Below are positions 62,488-64,000 of a stretch of 64,000 bases of DNA, in pieces. This DNA comes from Perkinsus chesapeaki ATCC PRA-425. Its lineage: Eukaryota > Protista > Perkinsozoa. The position numbers were made by a program, and so were the translations under genes. The notes below the pieces were generated by a model. It did no database searches, was not told the origin of the DNA, and saw only the letters and a list, made by a program, of their open reading frames with translations. The stretch's first letter is position 1. Each line of letters starts with the position of its first letter. Location: positions 1 to 64,000 of the forward strand of contig JAAPAO010000037.1 in the NCBI GenBank assembly GCA_013115145.1, given 5' to 3'.

Positions 62488-64000
62488 ATGGTCCGCCATA
62501 AGTCTAAGGCTCAGCCACGACGTATCGATCGTAATAATGGGAAATAAGGCACATCGGTAGTACATGGACAGGTGTGGCACCGATAATGCTAGGTGAAGAG
62601 GACAGAGAGAAAGCCAAGGAGATGGAAACCCGGCTGCCATCAGAGCCTGCCAAACATATCAACGAGTGCGTTATGGTATGGCCGTTAATGGGGAGCCGGG
62701 GTTTTATGATAGGTATTTAGTAGCTGAGGATATATCGGGCCAGATAGTTGCACTGAGGGCACTGGCAGAGGCAGCTCCGGCTGATGATGGGGTCTTTTGG
62801 GTAGGAGGGAACTGGACGCATCGCTCCGCTAGATGAGGTGGTATTTTGTTAGCTCCTTCATCGACAACTCACTGGTATGCCAACGCATCCTTGGAGAAAG
62901 CATTTGGCTCGGACATGTGAGAATATGAAGGCTACTGGAAAGGAAGGGATAATAAGGGAATGGGTAGTAGATGGGGAAGGGAAGGCTCTATGTGGATGGT
63001 GATTGGATTTTAGTATGATGAAGACCTGGTTACAGAGGCGGTAGAGTTGAAGGTATTCCTAGACCAGAATAATACGCCTCCGATCCCCTCGAGGGCTATA
63101 CAGTTTGTTCGACAGATAGAACTGGCTTTAGAGTAAGTTGTGGAGTGGCCCCAAGAAAGTAACTATGATTTTTCTAGGTACCCTTTCACTAAGAACCTCT
63201 ATGATGATCATATCGGAAAGGCGTCTATTGAATTAATGGTAGTAAAATAGGGCGGAGCGAAGCTGCAAAGTGGCATGGTGTTCAGGAGCTACTTATCGGT
63301 CGTTACGCAGCTAGGCTGGATAAGGAGGCCGCCGTCGGTCCATCTGGAGAGCAGTCTGATTGGTGCCTCACTACCTTCCGTACATATCTCCAGAGCCTCC
63401 TGGTGCTATCGGCTAAATGCATTTCTACTACAACTCCTGGGGACTATCTAAACGCTGAAAACGTACTGATGGGGTTCGCCGTATGGATAGGTTACCGTGG
63501 TTGCAGGTATGCCATCCATGCTTGGTTATAACCCTATCTACCCAAGCACCTCCGGATCTCACCACTCAAGCAGCTTTAGTGTTGGCACATGCGATGGGTA
63601 ATATGATGGAGGTAGAGCAATACTGAAGGGGAATCTGGTAGATGGGAAAGATAGAGAAGCTCTATTGGATCACATCACAGCTGGCAAGGCTGGCGGGACT
63701 TCTCCTCTGAGCCTTATGGAAGGTACACAATGTAGCAATGCTCACAAACTGCCGGGGAGCTCCTCTTCAGGTGGTCTCACCATCCCGGCTCAGCAGGATA
63801 TGCCATTGTCGGCCAGGTTAGCAGTCAGCAGAGGTCTCTTGGTAGCAGCCACAGGCGATGATGCTAGGCTGGAGTATACAGAGAAGTGTAATAGTACTTG
63901 GAGAAGGGGGATCCGGATGGAAATGGGTGGGCAGGTGTCGAATTCTATACAGCATTGCTATTGGATCGTCATGCTGCTTTGGACACTCCGACTCTATTGT
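62488..64000 (+). CDS. Large ARM/HEAT-like protein, possibly THADA/Trm732-like; truncated by the window end
   Basis: Multiple spliced helical exons. LSARLAVSRGLLVAA resembles the THADA SRLCLxRGIL motif. Confidence 0.45.

Noticed and set aside
1-64000. Spliced-leader RNA gene or relict SL (ACCGTAGCCATYTTGGCTCAAG), CRISPR arrays, rRNA, transposase or RT genes
   Set aside because: Only 7-8 nt partial matches (TAGCCAT, GGCTCAAG) were seen, and none of the others was visible by eye.

Overview
Gene-dense, intron-rich eukaryotic DNA. Introns are mostly about 40-60 nt GT-AG and intergenic gaps are very short. The architecture and gene content (RAP-domain protein, amino-acid transporter paralogs, CmcI-like methyltransferase) resemble a Perkinsus-like alveolate; this is an inference. 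I reconstructed about 33 spliced genes by eye, so exon and start coordinates are approximate. Recognisable genes: eIF2B-epsilon, two tandem amino-acid permeases, dynein light intermediate chain, RING-H2 protein, S1/P1 nuclease, SPX-EXS (XPR1-like), synaptojanin-like Sac1+5-phosphatase, CmcI-like methyltransferase, CDPF1, ZNF598/Hel2, TTD14-like P-loop/CYTH protein, TIPIN/Swi3, DNAJC25, a Rieske-like + cytochrome b5 reductase-like fusion, a RAP protein, an EF-hand protein, Oxa1/Cox18, a cyclin Y/PHO80-like protein, a TPR protein, a LURP1/Tubby-like protein, EAF6, and a truncated THADA-like gene. I saw no CRISPR arrays, rRNA, transposases or complete spliced-leader RNA. Most unusual: (1) a candidate antisense gene interleaved with DNAJC25; (2) a Rieske-like domain with displaced His ligands fused to an FAD/NADH reductase; (3) a sharply bounded gene-conversion tract between the permease paralogs; (4) an S1/P1 nuclease lacking zinc-ligand histidines; (5) a structured B-box-containing island near 625-711; (6) operon-like gene spacing.
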